Positions 1 to 14,636 of a stretch of DNA of 64,000 nt are shown one piece after another. A program made the position numbers and the translations under genes. Numbering within the stretch: position 1 is the stretch's first letter; every line of letters begins with the position of its first letter. Where the stretch lies: positions 17,422,001 through 17,486,000 of the forward strand of contig OX597832.1 in the NCBI GenBank assembly GCA_951406725.2, read 5' to 3'. This stretch comes from Octopus vulgaris. Taxonomy: Eukaryota. The notes under the pieces were generated by a model, which was not told the origin of the DNA, made no database searches, and was given only the letters and a program-made list of their open reading frames with translations.

Positions 1-53
1 ATATATATATATATATATATACATGTATATATACACATATATATGTATATATA

Positions 54-86
<33 letters not shown>

Positions 87-859
87 TCATGCATCTATCT
101 ATATATCTATGAATGTAGGTATGTATATCATATATATGATCAAATATATACTGAAACAAATATAGCGTTCATGGAAGTGTGCTTCTAGTGAGAGTCTCAT
201 TTAGTTTTCCACAATGAAATGGAGAAGTCGTTCATTACATGTAATATCCTGAAACATCCTCCATTTTTTTCTTCACTAATTCACAACTTATAATTTCCAT
301 CCTTCCCTACTCTCACATATTTCGCTTTCGTTTCTGATTTTCTTAGGTTACTAAAGATAGCGCTGTTGACGCTGTCGTCGATGCTATTATTAGCTCTTTG
401 TTGTTAAGTTATTTTAAGATGTCTTCTCGTGTTTTGTTGACATTTGTGTCAAATAGTCTCTTCTTTCGTCCATTAGTACGAATTAGTTCCTGTTATCGAC
501 ATTTTTGTATGTGTAGGTTCGTTATTTCTATAACTGACACAAAAAGGTTTCCGGTAGCCATCTCCAAAATTTGTCCGCCATTGTAAAATGTCACTGTGTT
601 GATATATTTGCTTATATATGTTGTACACCACCCTGATGTATCGCTCAGACGAGTGTTTGCTTCCCTGTTTGTGTGTATGAATGATTGTGTATGTTTGTAT
701 GTATTTAACTCTGAACATATTTGTGTGTATACATACATACATACATATATATACATATATATATGTATATACATACACACATATATATATATATATCTGT
801 AAATAATAACGATGGTATTTTTTTACAAGCTTAAAGATTAATGAGATCACGGTGCACCG

Positions 860-930
<71 letters not shown>

Positions 931-1756
931 TATACATATATATATATACAAATATATATATATATATATAGACAACTATGTTCCCAATTAAATACATAGA
1001 AACACACACACAACTCCACTCACACACTCATATATATATATATGTATATATATATGCATTTATGTATGTATGTGTGTGTGTTTGGATGTATGAATGTGTA
1101 CCTTTCCTTATACGTATTTGTGCATGTGTTTGTATTTACAAGTTCGTGTGTGTAAGTGTATGAAAATGTGTATGTGTGAGTGAATGAGTGTGTGTCAGTG
1201 TGCATGTGTGTGCCTACGCGTGTAATTATTTTCTTTATTTGTTTCTGACAGAGTGCTCCACATATATTGTGGAGTATTATGCGTCTGCGTATGAAAGTAT
1301 GTGTATGCGTGTATATGTGTGTTATGGTGTGTATGGTCATTTATGCGGGATCGGACAGTGTGGAGTTGGTGAGAAGTCTCGTCTACGATTTCTTTAACAG
1401 CCATAGGTAGAAGCTGGAATAATTCCGTTGTAATCACGTATCGGGTTAATTTCTGTCATATTTTTAGCAGATTGGATAACTGAACAAGGGAGAAATGGAA
1501 GAAATAAAGTGTAAATGAAGGAAGAAGAGCAAGTAAATAAGAAGTAGAAAAAAGAAGAAAAAGAAGAACAATAACAACAAGAACAACAGCAGCAAGTAAG
1601 AGAAGAAAATAAGTGTGATAAGCACACACAGAGAAGGATAAGACAAACTCATACATATAAATCTGTGCTCACACGGATACATATATAGAAGGAAAAGTGG
1701 ATGTGGTTATTTTTGGATATGAGTTTGTGAGAGTAATGACCTTTCTGCCAGAAGAG

Positions 1757-2106
1757 CAAGGCCTGAAATTTTGAGTGAGGGCAGTATTTGATTTACATCA
1801 ACCCTACTGCTCGACTAGTACTTATTTTACCGACCCCGAAAGGATTAAAAGCAAATGTCGACCTTGAAGGAATTTGAACTTAGAACGTAAAACCAGAAGA
1901 TATGTCGCTAAGCATTTTGTCCGGCGTGTTAATGATGTTGCCAGATCTGCTATAGGCACAAAGTCTGAAATGTTGTGCTCGAATGGTACATATATGCCCC
2001 AAAAATATAAAAGGCAAAGTTGACCTCGGAGAATTTGGATTCAGGACGTAAAATACCACTAAAATGATTTTGTGCGGTATGCTAACGTTGGTCCAGTTTG
2101 CTGCCT
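1757..2106 (-). mobile_element. Two diverged tandem copies of SINE family A (tRNA head, Nin/Deu-like central domain)
   Basis: Reverse complement of the family A core (cgaccccgaaaggat...gtcgacct...aatttgaact.agaacgtaa) occurs twice, matching the copies at 11936 and 59226. Confidence 0.75.
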
Positions 2107-2529
2107 TTGTTTACGATAAGAATAATGCGGCTGATAACAATAAACGGAAAATTTAGCTACGACTGAATAATTGATGCTAATTGCAACTTAACAATGAATT
2201 CATGACGTTAAAGTTTTTACTAACCGTTTTATCATAATAACGGATTTCCACGTGGTAGGAGGACTCACGTTCATGGGAAGCGTTACTGAAGATGTCACAG
2301 ATGTGAAGCGAAAAATTTCCAGACAATGGACAGAAGATAGAATAAGAACAGCAATAAACGAGTGAAGAGTAAATATACAGGGCATGTGTTTATTTTGCAA
2401 AAGAAAAAACAGACGACCGTCCCGAAATATAAAGATATGTGTGAGTGTGTGGTGTGTAACATATACATACATACATGCATACATACATACATACATACAC
2501 ACACACGCACACACACACACACAGACACA

Positions 2530-2626
<97 letters not shown>

Positions 2627-2811
2627 AAGGGTAATCAGAAATATTAGAAATTTCCATTACCAGTTGCCTAAAGTGTAAAAGTTTAGTCAATATATTATTC
2701 ATATAAATACAATGTACATTTAATCCCTAAATGTCATCCCTAATAGTGTCTTGGAATTTAACTCTCTAGCATGCAAGGAGTCCAATGATGGATGCTTCTT
2801 ATGTACACTGC

Positions 2812-2872
<61 letters not shown>

Positions 2873-2875
<3 letters not shown>

Positions 2876-3155
2876 AGGCACAATGGCCCAGTGGTTAGGG
2901 CAGCGGACTCGCGGTCGTAGGATCGCGGTTTCGATTCCCAGACCGGGCGTTGTGAGTGTTTATTGGAAAACACCTAAAAGCTCCACGAGGCTCCGGCAGG
3001 GGGTGGTGATCCCTGCCGTACTTTTTCACCACTCTTTCTTCTGTTGGCCTGCTCGCTTAGCCAGAGAGGTGGCGTCATTCGAAGGCTAATACAATGCGAA
3101 CGCATTGTGACCAGCGATGTGAAACTACATCTGATGGACTGGTCGGTCACGTGGT

Positions 3156-3162
<7 letters not shown>
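2873..3162 (+). mobile_element. SINE family C (tRNA-derived, Arg-like head), tail variant 1
   Basis: A box TGGCCCAGTGG and B box GGTTTCGATTCC; first ~160 nt nearly identical to 59645-59810; inserted between (TG)n and (TA)n. Confidence 0.85.
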
Positions 3163-3422
<260 letters not shown>

Positions 3423-3665
3423 AAGTAGGAAGGAAAGCTTGTGTGGTCGAATAAGTCACCTGCTTAACAGAATGTAAAATAAGGAAAACTGGAATTGGGG
3501 TACAGTAAAATAATAGGGCATTCCATACAAGGTGTAAACCCGAAGAGGTTTACCAATGAAGTTGTTTGGTGCATTTATCGCAAAGTATTATGACAATTAC
3601 ACATCAAATGATTATATCGTATTCAAGGTTCGGATCATTTCGAATGTCTCTAGGAATCCAGTTCT

Positions 3666-4060
<395 letters not shown>

Positions 4061-4339
4061 CATTCACGTCGCTGCTTGGAATCGAACTCGGAATCTTGGA
4101 CTTAGTAACCCGCAGGCATATGGCGTAGTGGTTAATACCGTCGAATGTAAATAATGTAAATAATGTAAATAGAGTGCTGTTTCTACTTCGCGGATTTTCA
4201 CCCATCTCGTGGGTTTTGTGAACGTAACATACGCAATAGTCGAGGTGTTATTGTTAAAGTCTGTGGAGTAAAGAAAAATAATCTGAATAAAATCTTCAAA
4301 ATATCTGGAGATCGAAAAGGAGAAAAATGATTTTTACAA

Positions 4340-4689
4340 AGAATGGTTGTATACTGTCAATCTAACAAGAACGTGACAGTAGGAGGCACACCACCGTTGT
4401 ATAGCCCTAGGAGGCATCGAACGCCTCCTGACAGCTTCGACACATTTTTTCCCTGTGTTCTTATATACATATATGAAGGGGAGACAAACACCCCCGGCCG
4501 TCGGAACTGCATCTAGGGACACCGTGTTTCAGGATCATTGTCCTTCATCGGCCTAGAGTAGCAGACACCGGTCGGCTGGTGATATTTGTCGAAGCTGTCA
4601 GGAGGCGTTCGATGCCTCCTAGGGCTATACAACGGTGGTGTACCCCCTACTGTCACGTTTATGTTAGATTGACAGTATACAACCATTCT
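4340..4689. mobile_element. Inverted-repeat cassette (103-bp arms) enclosing a hammerhead motif; probable Penelope-like terminal remnant
   Basis: 4340-4442 is the reverse complement of 4587-4689 with 4 mismatches. Confidence 0.8.
4512..4557 (-). ncRNA. Type I hammerhead ribozyme motif (U4>C variant)
   Basis: Minus strand: UCUAGG-CCGAUGA-AGGA(CAAUGA)UCCU-GAAA-CA(CGG)UG-UC-CCUAGA; 6-bp stem I, 4-bp stem II, GUC triplet. Confidence 0.75.
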
Positions 4690-5127
4690 ATCGCCCCACC
4701 ACCGAGAGATTTAGAAATTCAATATTTCTGATTTTTACAAAATACTATTGAAAATATAAAATACTTAGAAAATGTATGCAATATCCATGGAAAAAGAGTA
4801 TGAAACATCTGTGGTTAACGTTTAAGCGGCTTCTATGAAAAATAGAAGTTTATAGCAAAGGTTTATAGATAGTCATCCATAAAAAGTCGTTTCGTACAAT
4901 CTATCTGGATGGGCAAGATGACGGACGATAGAGTGGGAGGAACGAATAAAGTGGCGGTGGGAGGGGGGAATATTTCGGAGATAGAAAAGCATGTGAAAAA
5001 GTGTAACTGAATAGAGAGAGTTTAAGGTAGAGAAGGGAGTGTGAAGCGTAGAGAGTGAGAATGAGAGAGAGGGGAAATACATATGTATATGTGTGTGTAT
5101 ATACATACATATATATATATACTTTTT

Positions 5128-5182
<55 letters not shown>

Positions 5183-5265
5183 TAGATATATGTATATATA
5201 TATGTATATCTATCTATATCTAATACTTTTGTAGATATATATCTATATATATATATATATATCTA

Positions 5266-5312
<47 letters not shown>

Positions 5313-5340
5313 TTATATAGATATATACATAAATAGATAG

Positions 5341-5389
<49 letters not shown>

Positions 5390-5732
5390 GTACACACACG
5401 CACACACATATATTTATACGTCATATATATACATGCACATACATATTAAGAGAAGATGGACACAGCAGAATGAATGAGGGAAATTTAACGAAATAAGAGA
5501 GGAATACATACATACACAGATACACATTCGGAGAAATAACAAACTTAAAGACAAGAGAAAAGAATTCAGGGGAATAAAAAAATAAGTTGCTAAGTGTCAA
5601 AGGGGACATAACTCTAATTCAATTTTTCCTTTTTTTTCACCCTTCCAATGCTTTCATATACATGTCTCCTGCTTTTTTTTCTCGTAATTTCTCTTGTCTT
5701 GATTTGTTACCTTTATTGGCCGTGTATGGTTC

Positions 5733-5805
5733 AGTCTGAAGACACTAGGCATGTTATTAAAACCTGCCTAGATAACATCTCCAGTGAATGAAACTATTAG
5801 TAGCT
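5733..5805 (+). ncRNA. Hammerhead-like motif with expanded, branched stem II
   Basis: AGU-CUGAAGA-[CACUAGGCA...UGCCUAG...CCAGUGAAU]-GAAA-CU(AUU)AG-UA-GCU; 3-bp stem I, GUA triplet. Confidence 0.45.
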
Positions 5806-5866
5806 CATAACCATATACCGTGTAAATTAAACTATATATATGTGTCTGTATGTGCGTGTCTTTTTG

Positions 5867-5926
<60 letters not shown>

Positions 5927-6039
5927 TGTGTGTAATATATCAAGAAAATAAATAAATAAATAAAATTGATAAGCAGAAGAGCGGTCTCTGACAGGACATT
6001 GGGAGAACGCGAATTAGAGGTCTGCCTAACTTCCACTAA

Positions 6040-6114
<75 letters not shown>

Positions 6115-6118
6115 GATG

Positions 6119-6151
<33 letters not shown>

Positions 6152-6826
6152 TTAATAATAATAATAACAACAACAACAACAACAACAATAATAATAATAA
6201 TAATAATAATAATGATGTGAAAGGGACAGAATTAGGAGGGACGTCGACCGGAGATTCCGGTTGTCAACCAACCATGATTTCTTCAGTAAAAAGAAAGAGG
6301 CAACGCACGTGCGAGAGCGAGAGAGGGGAGAGGGGAGAAGGAGTGGGCAGTGAGGGGAAAATGAGAGAGGGGTGAGATGTAGAAAACTGATGGTGTGAGG
6401 CAACAGCAACGGGGAAAAAGTAAAACGCAACAGAATAAAATAAAAATAAATATAAGGGATGCGGTAGATAACTCATCGTTTAAACGTTTATCATTTTCAG
6501 CATCTCTCATTTATGTCGTTTGCCATAATGTTGGTCATTCTCTTTCTCACTAGGGATGGATGTTGATTAGATAGTGCTTCGGTGGTGGTGGTGGTGGTGG
6601 TGGTGAGGAATAAGCAGTGTATAGATAAATGGGCGAATGCATGGATGGATAAATGGATATATGGATAGTTGGATAGATGGAGTGAGTTGGATAGGTGGAT
6701 AGATGGATGGATAGATGGGTGGATGGATGGGTGGATGGGTGGATGGGTAGATGGGTGGATATCGACTGGTTAATGCTGAGGCAGCACGTGGATGTTAAGT
6801 GGTGGTGGCGGTATTATTATTATTAT

Positions 6827-6869
<43 letters not shown>

Positions 6870-6922
6870 GGTGGTGGTGGTAGTGGAAGCGGTAGTGGCG
6901 ACGGTAGTGGTGGTGGTGGTGA

Positions 6923-6991
<69 letters not shown>

Positions 6992-7663
6992 CAGCAGTAG
7001 CGGGTATTGTGTGTTCTTGTTGCTGTTCTCGTTCAAGTTGCAGCTGCGTCTGTTCCCGCTAGCCGTTTCCAGGTTTGTAGACCACACACACACATACACA
7101 CACACAAAACACACACACACACACACACACACACATAAAGTCATGCATTAACAAACGCGCGCGCTCAAGCACCGGACCACAAGCACTCAATCACCGCCAA
7201 CACGAGGCTGCATGGAAACAGATTCACACACACACAAACACACACACATACACACACACACACACTCACACACACACACACATATGCACTCACACGCATA
7301 CACACACACTCACGCCGTGACACATTCACACTTGCGCCGTCCCCAAACTCTCTCACTCTCTCTCTCTCTCTCTCACACTCCGGTGACACACGGACATGCT
7401 GCTCGCTCGTCAACCATTTCACTGATGGCGTAGACGTGTGTTGTTTCGTCTTCAAGGTGCCATGTAGTGAGTAAAAAATGACAGGAATAAACTCTTCAAA
7501 TCAATTAGCCATCGATAGCCACACGTGTCCTAAAAGAGGTCAGGGCAGACCAGTGACAGCCAACGGAGTCGGCGGTGGTGGTGGGTCACACGGTGGAGGT
7601 GTGAGAGTAGCAGGGAGTGTTTCAGTGGCGAAATCATGATGACGTTTATCACAAAAGAAATTC

Positions 7664-7686
7664 GTATGTACGTATGTATGTATGCC

Positions 7687-7718
<32 letters not shown>

Positions 7719-7736
7719 TGTATGTATGTATGTATG

Positions 7737-7768
<32 letters not shown>

Positions 7769-8159
7769 TGCCTATATGTGTGTATGTATGTATGTATGTA
7801 TGTATGTATATATGTATGTATGTATATATGCCTATATGTGTGTATGTATATATGTATGTATGTACGTATATATGTATGAATGTATGAATGCATGTATGTA
7901 TGTACGTATGTATGTATGTATGTATGTGAGCATGTATGTATGCATGTATGTATGTATGTATGTATGTATGTATTTATGTATGTATGCATGTATGTATGTA
8001 TGTATGTGTGTGTGTATATGTGTCAATGTAAATGTGTATGTATATATATATATGTCCGTATCAATACCTGTAAGTATGTATATATGAACATAAGAAGTAT
8101 ATGTGAACGTGTTCGTACGTATTAGTGTATATGTGCATGAATGTATATTTGTATGTATG

Positions 8160-8190
<31 letters not shown>

Positions 8191-8420
8191 ATGTATGCAT
8201 GTTTATAAATATATGTTTATATGAATGTGTGTGTGTTACACGCGCACAGACATTTATATATATATATGCGTGGGTGTGTGTTTGTGTGTGTATATGTATA
8301 GTTACACACGTACACATGCATATATTTGACATATATATATATATATATATATATACTACATGTATATATTGTATGTATATTTGTGTGTCTGTGTGTGTTT
8401 GTATGAGTGTGATTGTACGT
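7664..8420. repeat. (GTAT)n / mixed TA-TG low-complexity tract
   Basis: Directly visible. Confidence 0.95.
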
Positions 8421-9153
8421 ATGCATGTGAGTGGTATCAGCATGTTTGGGCAACTAAATGTTGTATAAGTGTGTGAACGTGAGAGAACGCAGGTCTAAGG
8501 ATGGGTGGCAAAATTGGTTGGTGATTGGAGGGAGAGGTGTGTTGTCCCGTTATGTGGGAAAAGTAATGGGGAGTAATGATCCGGGAGAGGCGGCTATGCT
8601 AGGCATAGGATCGGCCGGTTTGTGTTAGGCTCCGGAAGAAAGAAAGTTCCCAATTTATCGGCGTGAAATACAAAAGACGTACAATATCTAAAATACGAAA
8701 CAAGTAAAAATTTAAAAAAAAATAAAAATCAAACAACGAAATGATATAAATAAGCGTAATGGTTGTGGCGTGTGTGGAAGCGGAATTTCACTGATTAGCA
8801 CAAGTTTCGTAGGCGTCTTGCTCAGAGTGACGCCTCGTCCGGGTCGTCTCCGTCACTCAGTCGTCACCTGCAACATCATCATCATCATTACCATCACCCC
8901 CACCGCCAACATCACCACCGTCACCACCGACCCCGACGCCGCCACTATTATCGCCATTGCCAACACCGCCGCTGCCACCTCCGTCAACATTGCAATCACT
9001 GCTACCATCTCAAACCTTGGCACGGACGCTGTCGTCAACATCGCCGTCGTCGACTCAAAATCATCATAATCGTCGTCGTCGTCGTCGTCATCATCATCAT
9101 CATCATCATCATCGCAATCGTCGTCATCATCATTATTGTTGTTACTAATTAAT

Positions 9154-9362
9154 GCGGCGAGCTGGCAGAATTGTTAACGCGCCGAACTAAATGCTTAGCC
9201 GCATTTCGCCCGTCTCACGTTCTGAGTTCAAACTTCACTGAGTTCATCTTGCCTTTCGTCTTTTTGGGGCTCGATAAAATATGTACCAGTTTATCACTGG
9301 GGTTGATGTAATCGACTTACTCTCTTTCACGAAACTGCTGGTCTTGAATAAACATTTGAAAT
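9154..9362 (+). mobile_element. SINE family A copy
   Basis: gcggcgagctggcagaa head, gagttcaaac B box, gcctttcgtctttttggggctcgataaaatatgtaccag core. Confidence 0.8.
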
Positions 9363-9405
9363 CAGCATCACTATTATTATTATTATTATTATTATTACTA
9401 TTATT

Positions 9406-9591
9406 GGCTTTACACAGTTTTTAACGCTGGAGATGTACTACAGTGTCAGCTGTTCACTACCAGTGAACTGAGGTAACACCTCTTATTTTTCGAGCACCTT
9501 CTGGAGTATTGGAGCAGTTCCAAGCAGTGCTGTTTTCTGCAAGTGCTCCACCCTTATTTCAGCCCCAGTCCTCCACCCTTATTGCAGCCCC
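9406..9591 (-). mobile_element. 3' end of an R4/Dong-type (RLE) non-LTR retrotransposon inserted in (TAA)n
   Basis: Minus strand 9566-9483 translates GAEIRVEHLQKTALLGTAPILQKVLEK*, resembling the LQKxxLLGTAxILRKVL C-terminus of R4/Dong ORFs; flanked on both sides by (ATT)n. Confidence 0.7.
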
Positions 9592-10500
9592 ATTATTATT
9601 ATTACGCTACTAACATATAGAAATTTGCTCATGAGAAAACACTATAACATTGTCGGGGAAAATTTAGACCTCGACGACATCTATTTGGTCACTTTCGGAA
9701 GTGTTTGGGGCCGGTATTTCTATTTTCTATATATTCTTCTCAATATCTTTTGATAGTGAGTCCAACAATAAACGCCAGTGTCTTAAACCTTCTCATCTTC
9801 CAGTCAAGCTATCTCAAATTTAATACGATAGTACTCTTCTAATTTCTCCCCATCCTTCTTCCTCCCATACGTTGAGGCTGTAGTGATGGTGGAATCGGTG
9901 GTGTTGTTGTCATTGTGGAGGTTGCGATGATGGTGATGCTAGTATTGGTAAACCTTCTTTCATTCATAAACCTGAGGTGATGCTAGGGGCAATTCATTGT
10001 AGGATTTAGTAGAACAAATACACCAGCGTACTGTATTTAAACAGTGAGGTAGTTATTCTAAAGGTCTCTGACGAAAAAGCTATGTTGCGGGGACGTAGAA
10101 AAACCAACACCGGTTGGGAAGGAGGGGCAGGGGACAAACAAAAATACAAAGACACATGCATACATTTACATATATACATATCTACATATATGTATGTATG
10201 TATATAAACACATATTCATGTATGTATGCATGTATGTACACACGTATTTATGTAGATAGATATATGCATATACAAATATGTTTTTATATTTATTACTAGT
10301 AAGGATTCAATAGAACCTATGCCTATTAACACGAAAGACAGCAGAAATAGTTAGGTACCATGACAGACCTCATAGTGAGATAAGCAACAATGAATGTGTC
10401 AAATTTTGGTAGGAATCTGTAAACATGTATTTAACAAATTCAAATTTCACCGTAGATCCGATTCTGGGGTTCTTTCTCAGTGCGGCGTTGATATAAAATT

Positions 10501-10576
10501 TACGACAGCTGTTTCGATAAAATTCAATTAATGTATTAGTAGATTACAACATAACATAATCCACCATCTTCAGGCA
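10501..10576 (-). ncRNA. Hammerhead-like motif with long stem-II insert and palindromic stem III
   Basis: Minus strand: UGC-CUGAAGA-[UGGUGGAUUAU...GUAAUCUACUA 11-bp helix plus ~21 nt]-GAAA-CAGCUG-UC-GUA. Confidence 0.5.
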
Positions 10577-11703
10577 CAATTTTAGACAGGTAAGATTCAC
10601 ACATCGAACACAACATATCCAAGAGAGGAACCATGAAAGGTGGAGACGGTATAATTGATAGAAACTCTTAAAAAAATGAAATTAGGAGTAAATTAATCTG
10701 AAATGAAAACAACTACGAGAGAAAATACAATATAAATTGAAAACAAAATGGTGGAATAAATGTGCACACTCCAGTGAAATGACAGCGTAGAAGAGGCCAT
10801 CACATGAACAAATTAAGATAAGAATCTGACAAAATGTGAAAATGGAAGGCGTGTACAGATTGTGGTAGTGTCAGCGTCTGTGGCAAATGTCAGGATAACG
10901 GATTAGCTTAGATTATATAGATATAGGAACGTACACATGGATACGGAATATTCATATAAAGACATGCATTGGTGTTGAAGTACATTCATGCAATACATAC
11001 ACAAAAATGCACACGTGCGTAAAATCAGAAACAGTGGGAGGCGCTCGAACACGCTGACAACTGGAAGCATAAATATAACCAGTAACAAAGGCATGCGCGT
11101 ACAATTTCAAAACGCTTGCGATAAAACATACATCCATATATGTGAGAGCGTGTAGATATGCATGTATGCTTATTAGTGTGAGTTTATGCATGTGTGTGTG
11201 TGTGTGTGCGTATGCATGAGTATGTATGTATATACATACATACATACATACATAAATATATATATTAAATTCAAATTACGATGAACGTAAACAAACAAAC
11301 GGAGTTTGCTTTAGAAGCGTTGAGATGCCTTAGAAAGTTAAAGAAGTGGCTTTTTAAATTCTCAAACGCAGGATAATGCTAACAATATAGCCTGAACAGG
11401 ATAAGCTACCCCTATTTTGCAGAAAAAAATGTGTTGACGGCCGAGAAATGCAAAAAATGAAGACAGGCATATAAAAAAAATGGGATTAAAGTATCCTCGC
11501 AGCTATCAACTAAGCACTCATTATAAAGCAATACGGTTAAATTTCCTAAAGTAGACACCAGTAATTGTATGTAGACTACAAATCCCAGGTAAATCCTCAT
11601 GTATGGTAGGTAAATCCAGCAATACTTATGTAAAATCTTAAGATATTCAGATTATTTAACAATTTCGAAGAAAATCATATTTTTATTTTAGATACCACAT
11701 AAA

Positions 11704-11845
11704 AACTCGACCCCGAGACTTATTCTTTGTAAGCCCAGTACTTATTCTATCGGTCTCCTTTGCCGAACCGCTAAGTGACGGGGACATAAACACACCAGCA
11801 TCGATTGTCAAGCAATGCTAAGGGTACAAACACAGACACATTAAC
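11704..11845 (-). mobile_element. SINE family B, 3' half fragment
   Basis: Reverse complement of gcttgacaa..gatgctggtgtgttta.gtccc...cggttcggcaaa.gagaccgatagaataagtac. Confidence 0.8.
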
Positions 11846-11866
11846 ATACACGCATATACATATATA

Positions 11867-11922
<56 letters not shown>

Positions 11923-11935
11923 GCGGTGTTGTTAA

Positions 11936-12263
<328 letters not shown>

Positions 12264-12431
12264 ATTATATATATATATATGTTATATATAGTGTACATTT
12301 AAACACATAAGGAATCCACTTGTGGAATTCAACACGTTAGAAAGAACAGTTAGGTTTCATAACCACAAAAATTAGGGATAAAATTCGATAGGAACGAAAT
12401 GAAAAAATAATAACATTTTACCATCAAGTTT

Positions 12432-12512
12432 CCTGGACCAATTGGTTTCTGATTTTAGTTTAGCAAGCAAATGAATAATATTTGCTCACGAGGTGAAATC
12501 GTCCTCAACAAG
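12432..12512 (-). ncRNA. Hammerhead-like motif (U3 variant), long stem II
   Basis: Minus strand: CUUG-UUGAGGA-C-GAUUU...GAGCAAAU/AUUUGCUU...AAAUC-A-GAAA-CCAAUUGG-UC-CAGG; 4-bp stem I, palindromic stem III, GUC triplet. Confidence 0.55.
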
Positions 12513-12884
12513 TACACCTTGGGTTAAATATATAAACAAACGAGGCAATCAAACTATATGCCTCCCGTTTATATTTCCTAATTTTTTCAAGATCTACAGC
12601 ACAGACGCAGCCCTTCGCTGGCAATAAAAAATGCCAACTTTCAAAATCGAAAATTATCCAAAAAACTTATAATACTTAAACATATCAAAGGTAAATGGAA
12701 AATTAATAAAAATTTTCACCTCCAGTGGCCTAACGTGTAAAACTTTAGTCTATAGTTCAAGAGATATATGAAGGAGAGAGAAAGGGAGAGCAAGAGCGAG
12801 ACCGCGAGAGATTAATAGATAGAAAGATAACTGCCACACATTTCATATATCTGCTGATTATATTATATATACTTACACGCACAC

Positions 12885-12921
<37 letters not shown>

Positions 12922-13053
12922 AACTTAAACTCATGCATACACATACATGTAGATTTTTACATTATTTACATTATTTACTTTTGACGGATATTTGTTCTTA
13001 TCTTATATATATTATCAGAAAAATAACCAGAGAAATTGCCATGGGGAGTGGAA

Positions 13054-13090
13054 TATCTGACGTTTCGGACAGAATCCTTCATCAGTGTAA
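13054..13090 (-). ncRNA. Minimal Penelope-type hammerhead core (stem I decayed)
   Basis: Minus strand: CUGAUGA-A-GGA(UUCUG)UCC-GAAACGUC. Confidence 0.55.
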
Positions 13091-14039
13091 AGGTGGGAGA
13101 AGAAAACATTAGAAATACATAACAAAACATTCTTACAATAAAAGTATATTTACAGTTAAATGAGTTGTTCAAATATTACTTGGAAGGATGGCTTTAAAGA
13201 AATAGTTTTCTGTGTAAAGGTTAAATGCAATTCTGACTCACACATACTAGCGTATAAGTTATAATCTATTACAAATTATATCTATATCTTCTGTACTATA
13301 CGATAACAAAACTTTAATTCTAGAAATCCCAGATGACATACAAAAATCGCACGCCTATGTGTGTGTGTTTATATACACGTATACTCACAGACACAGACAC
13401 ACAAACTCACATACACACAAACACACGCACGCACGAAGATATGCACGCAAAAAGCAGTCACGCGCACACTTAGTTCCATGTATTCTCAAACATAGATTAT
13501 CAAAAATACTGCAGGTGTTCTCTTCTTTTCATCCTGGCATCTTTATTCTGAAGAAGGACTTTGTCTCAGTCGTTCGATATTACATCCTTCACATCAACTT
13601 CATTATACCTGTTTATGCTTTTTTACTCCCAAATTAATTCCTGTCTTGCAATCGCAGACGACCGCCATTATCCCTTGATTTTGTTTTATCTATTACACAC
13701 AGCGTTGGCTCGAAATCTATGGCTGTATAATTTTATAGATTATAATGTATAGGCGTGTTTGAGTACCCGTAATTTTTTTTACATATTCCATTGCCTCTAC
13801 ACACACACAGAAGGTGTTAAAAGTAAAAATAAAAGTAAGAAATGCCACACTTACAGGTAATCTCCATAAAACTCAATCAACCTAATTCAACCGTAATATA
13901 ATGGAAAAAGACCACTTCTGCTCTCGCCAATTTCGGACAGAAATAACCGGCCACTAATCCGTATATAATTCGACAGTCGTGGACGCTAAGAAACGGCACA
14001 CGAATATTAATGAAAATAAAAATCATAAAAATAAAAAAT

Positions 14040-14178
14040 GGTAACGATAATAACAACAACAACAGCAGTAACAACGACTACAGTAAGAGCAACGACAATG
14101 AAGAAGATGGTGATGATGATGATGATGATGATGGGGATGTTGATATTGATGATGATGAGGAGGAGGAGGATCATAGTG

Positions 14179-14232
<54 letters not shown>

Positions 14233-14636
14233 GCTGCAAAAACAGCAATAATTACCATGATGATGATGATGTTAATACTGATGATTGTAATGGCTGCCCT
14301 AAAGTCCATATGTAATTATAGCGATTGTTGTCGTTACTATTATTTATATTGCTGTTGTTGTTGTTGTTGTTGTTGTTGTTGCTAATATAGCAGCAGCAGC
14401 AGCAGAAGAGGAAGACGACGAAGAAGAAACAGTCGAAGAAAAAGAAGACGAAGAAGATGAAGACGAAGAAGATGAAGACGAAGAAGATGAAGACGAAGGG
14501 GAAGAAGGAGGAAGACGAAGAAAATGTCGAAGAAGGAGAAGAAGAAGAAGAAGAAGAAGAAGAAGAAGAAGAAGAAGAAGAAGAAGAAGAAGAAGAAGAA
14601 GAAGAAGAAGAAGAAGAAGAAGAAGAAGAAGAAGAT
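14040..14636. repeat. Compound trinucleotide tract (GAT/AAT/GTT/GAA)n
   Basis: Directly visible. Confidence 0.95.

Noticed and set aside
2281-2325. CUGAAGA-UGUCACAGAUGUGAAGC-GAAA-AAUU-UC hammerhead-like core
   Set aside because: No stem I pairing and poor closure of stem II; may be a relic but is not supportable.
7478-7639. 53-codon ATG ORF (MTGINSSNQLAIDSH...)
   Set aside because: Short, partly (GGT)n, no recognisable homology or splice support.
10449-10470. ccgtagatccga resembling miR-100/miR-10
   Set aside because: Only 12 nt match, seed start and 3' half differ, no precursor hairpin.
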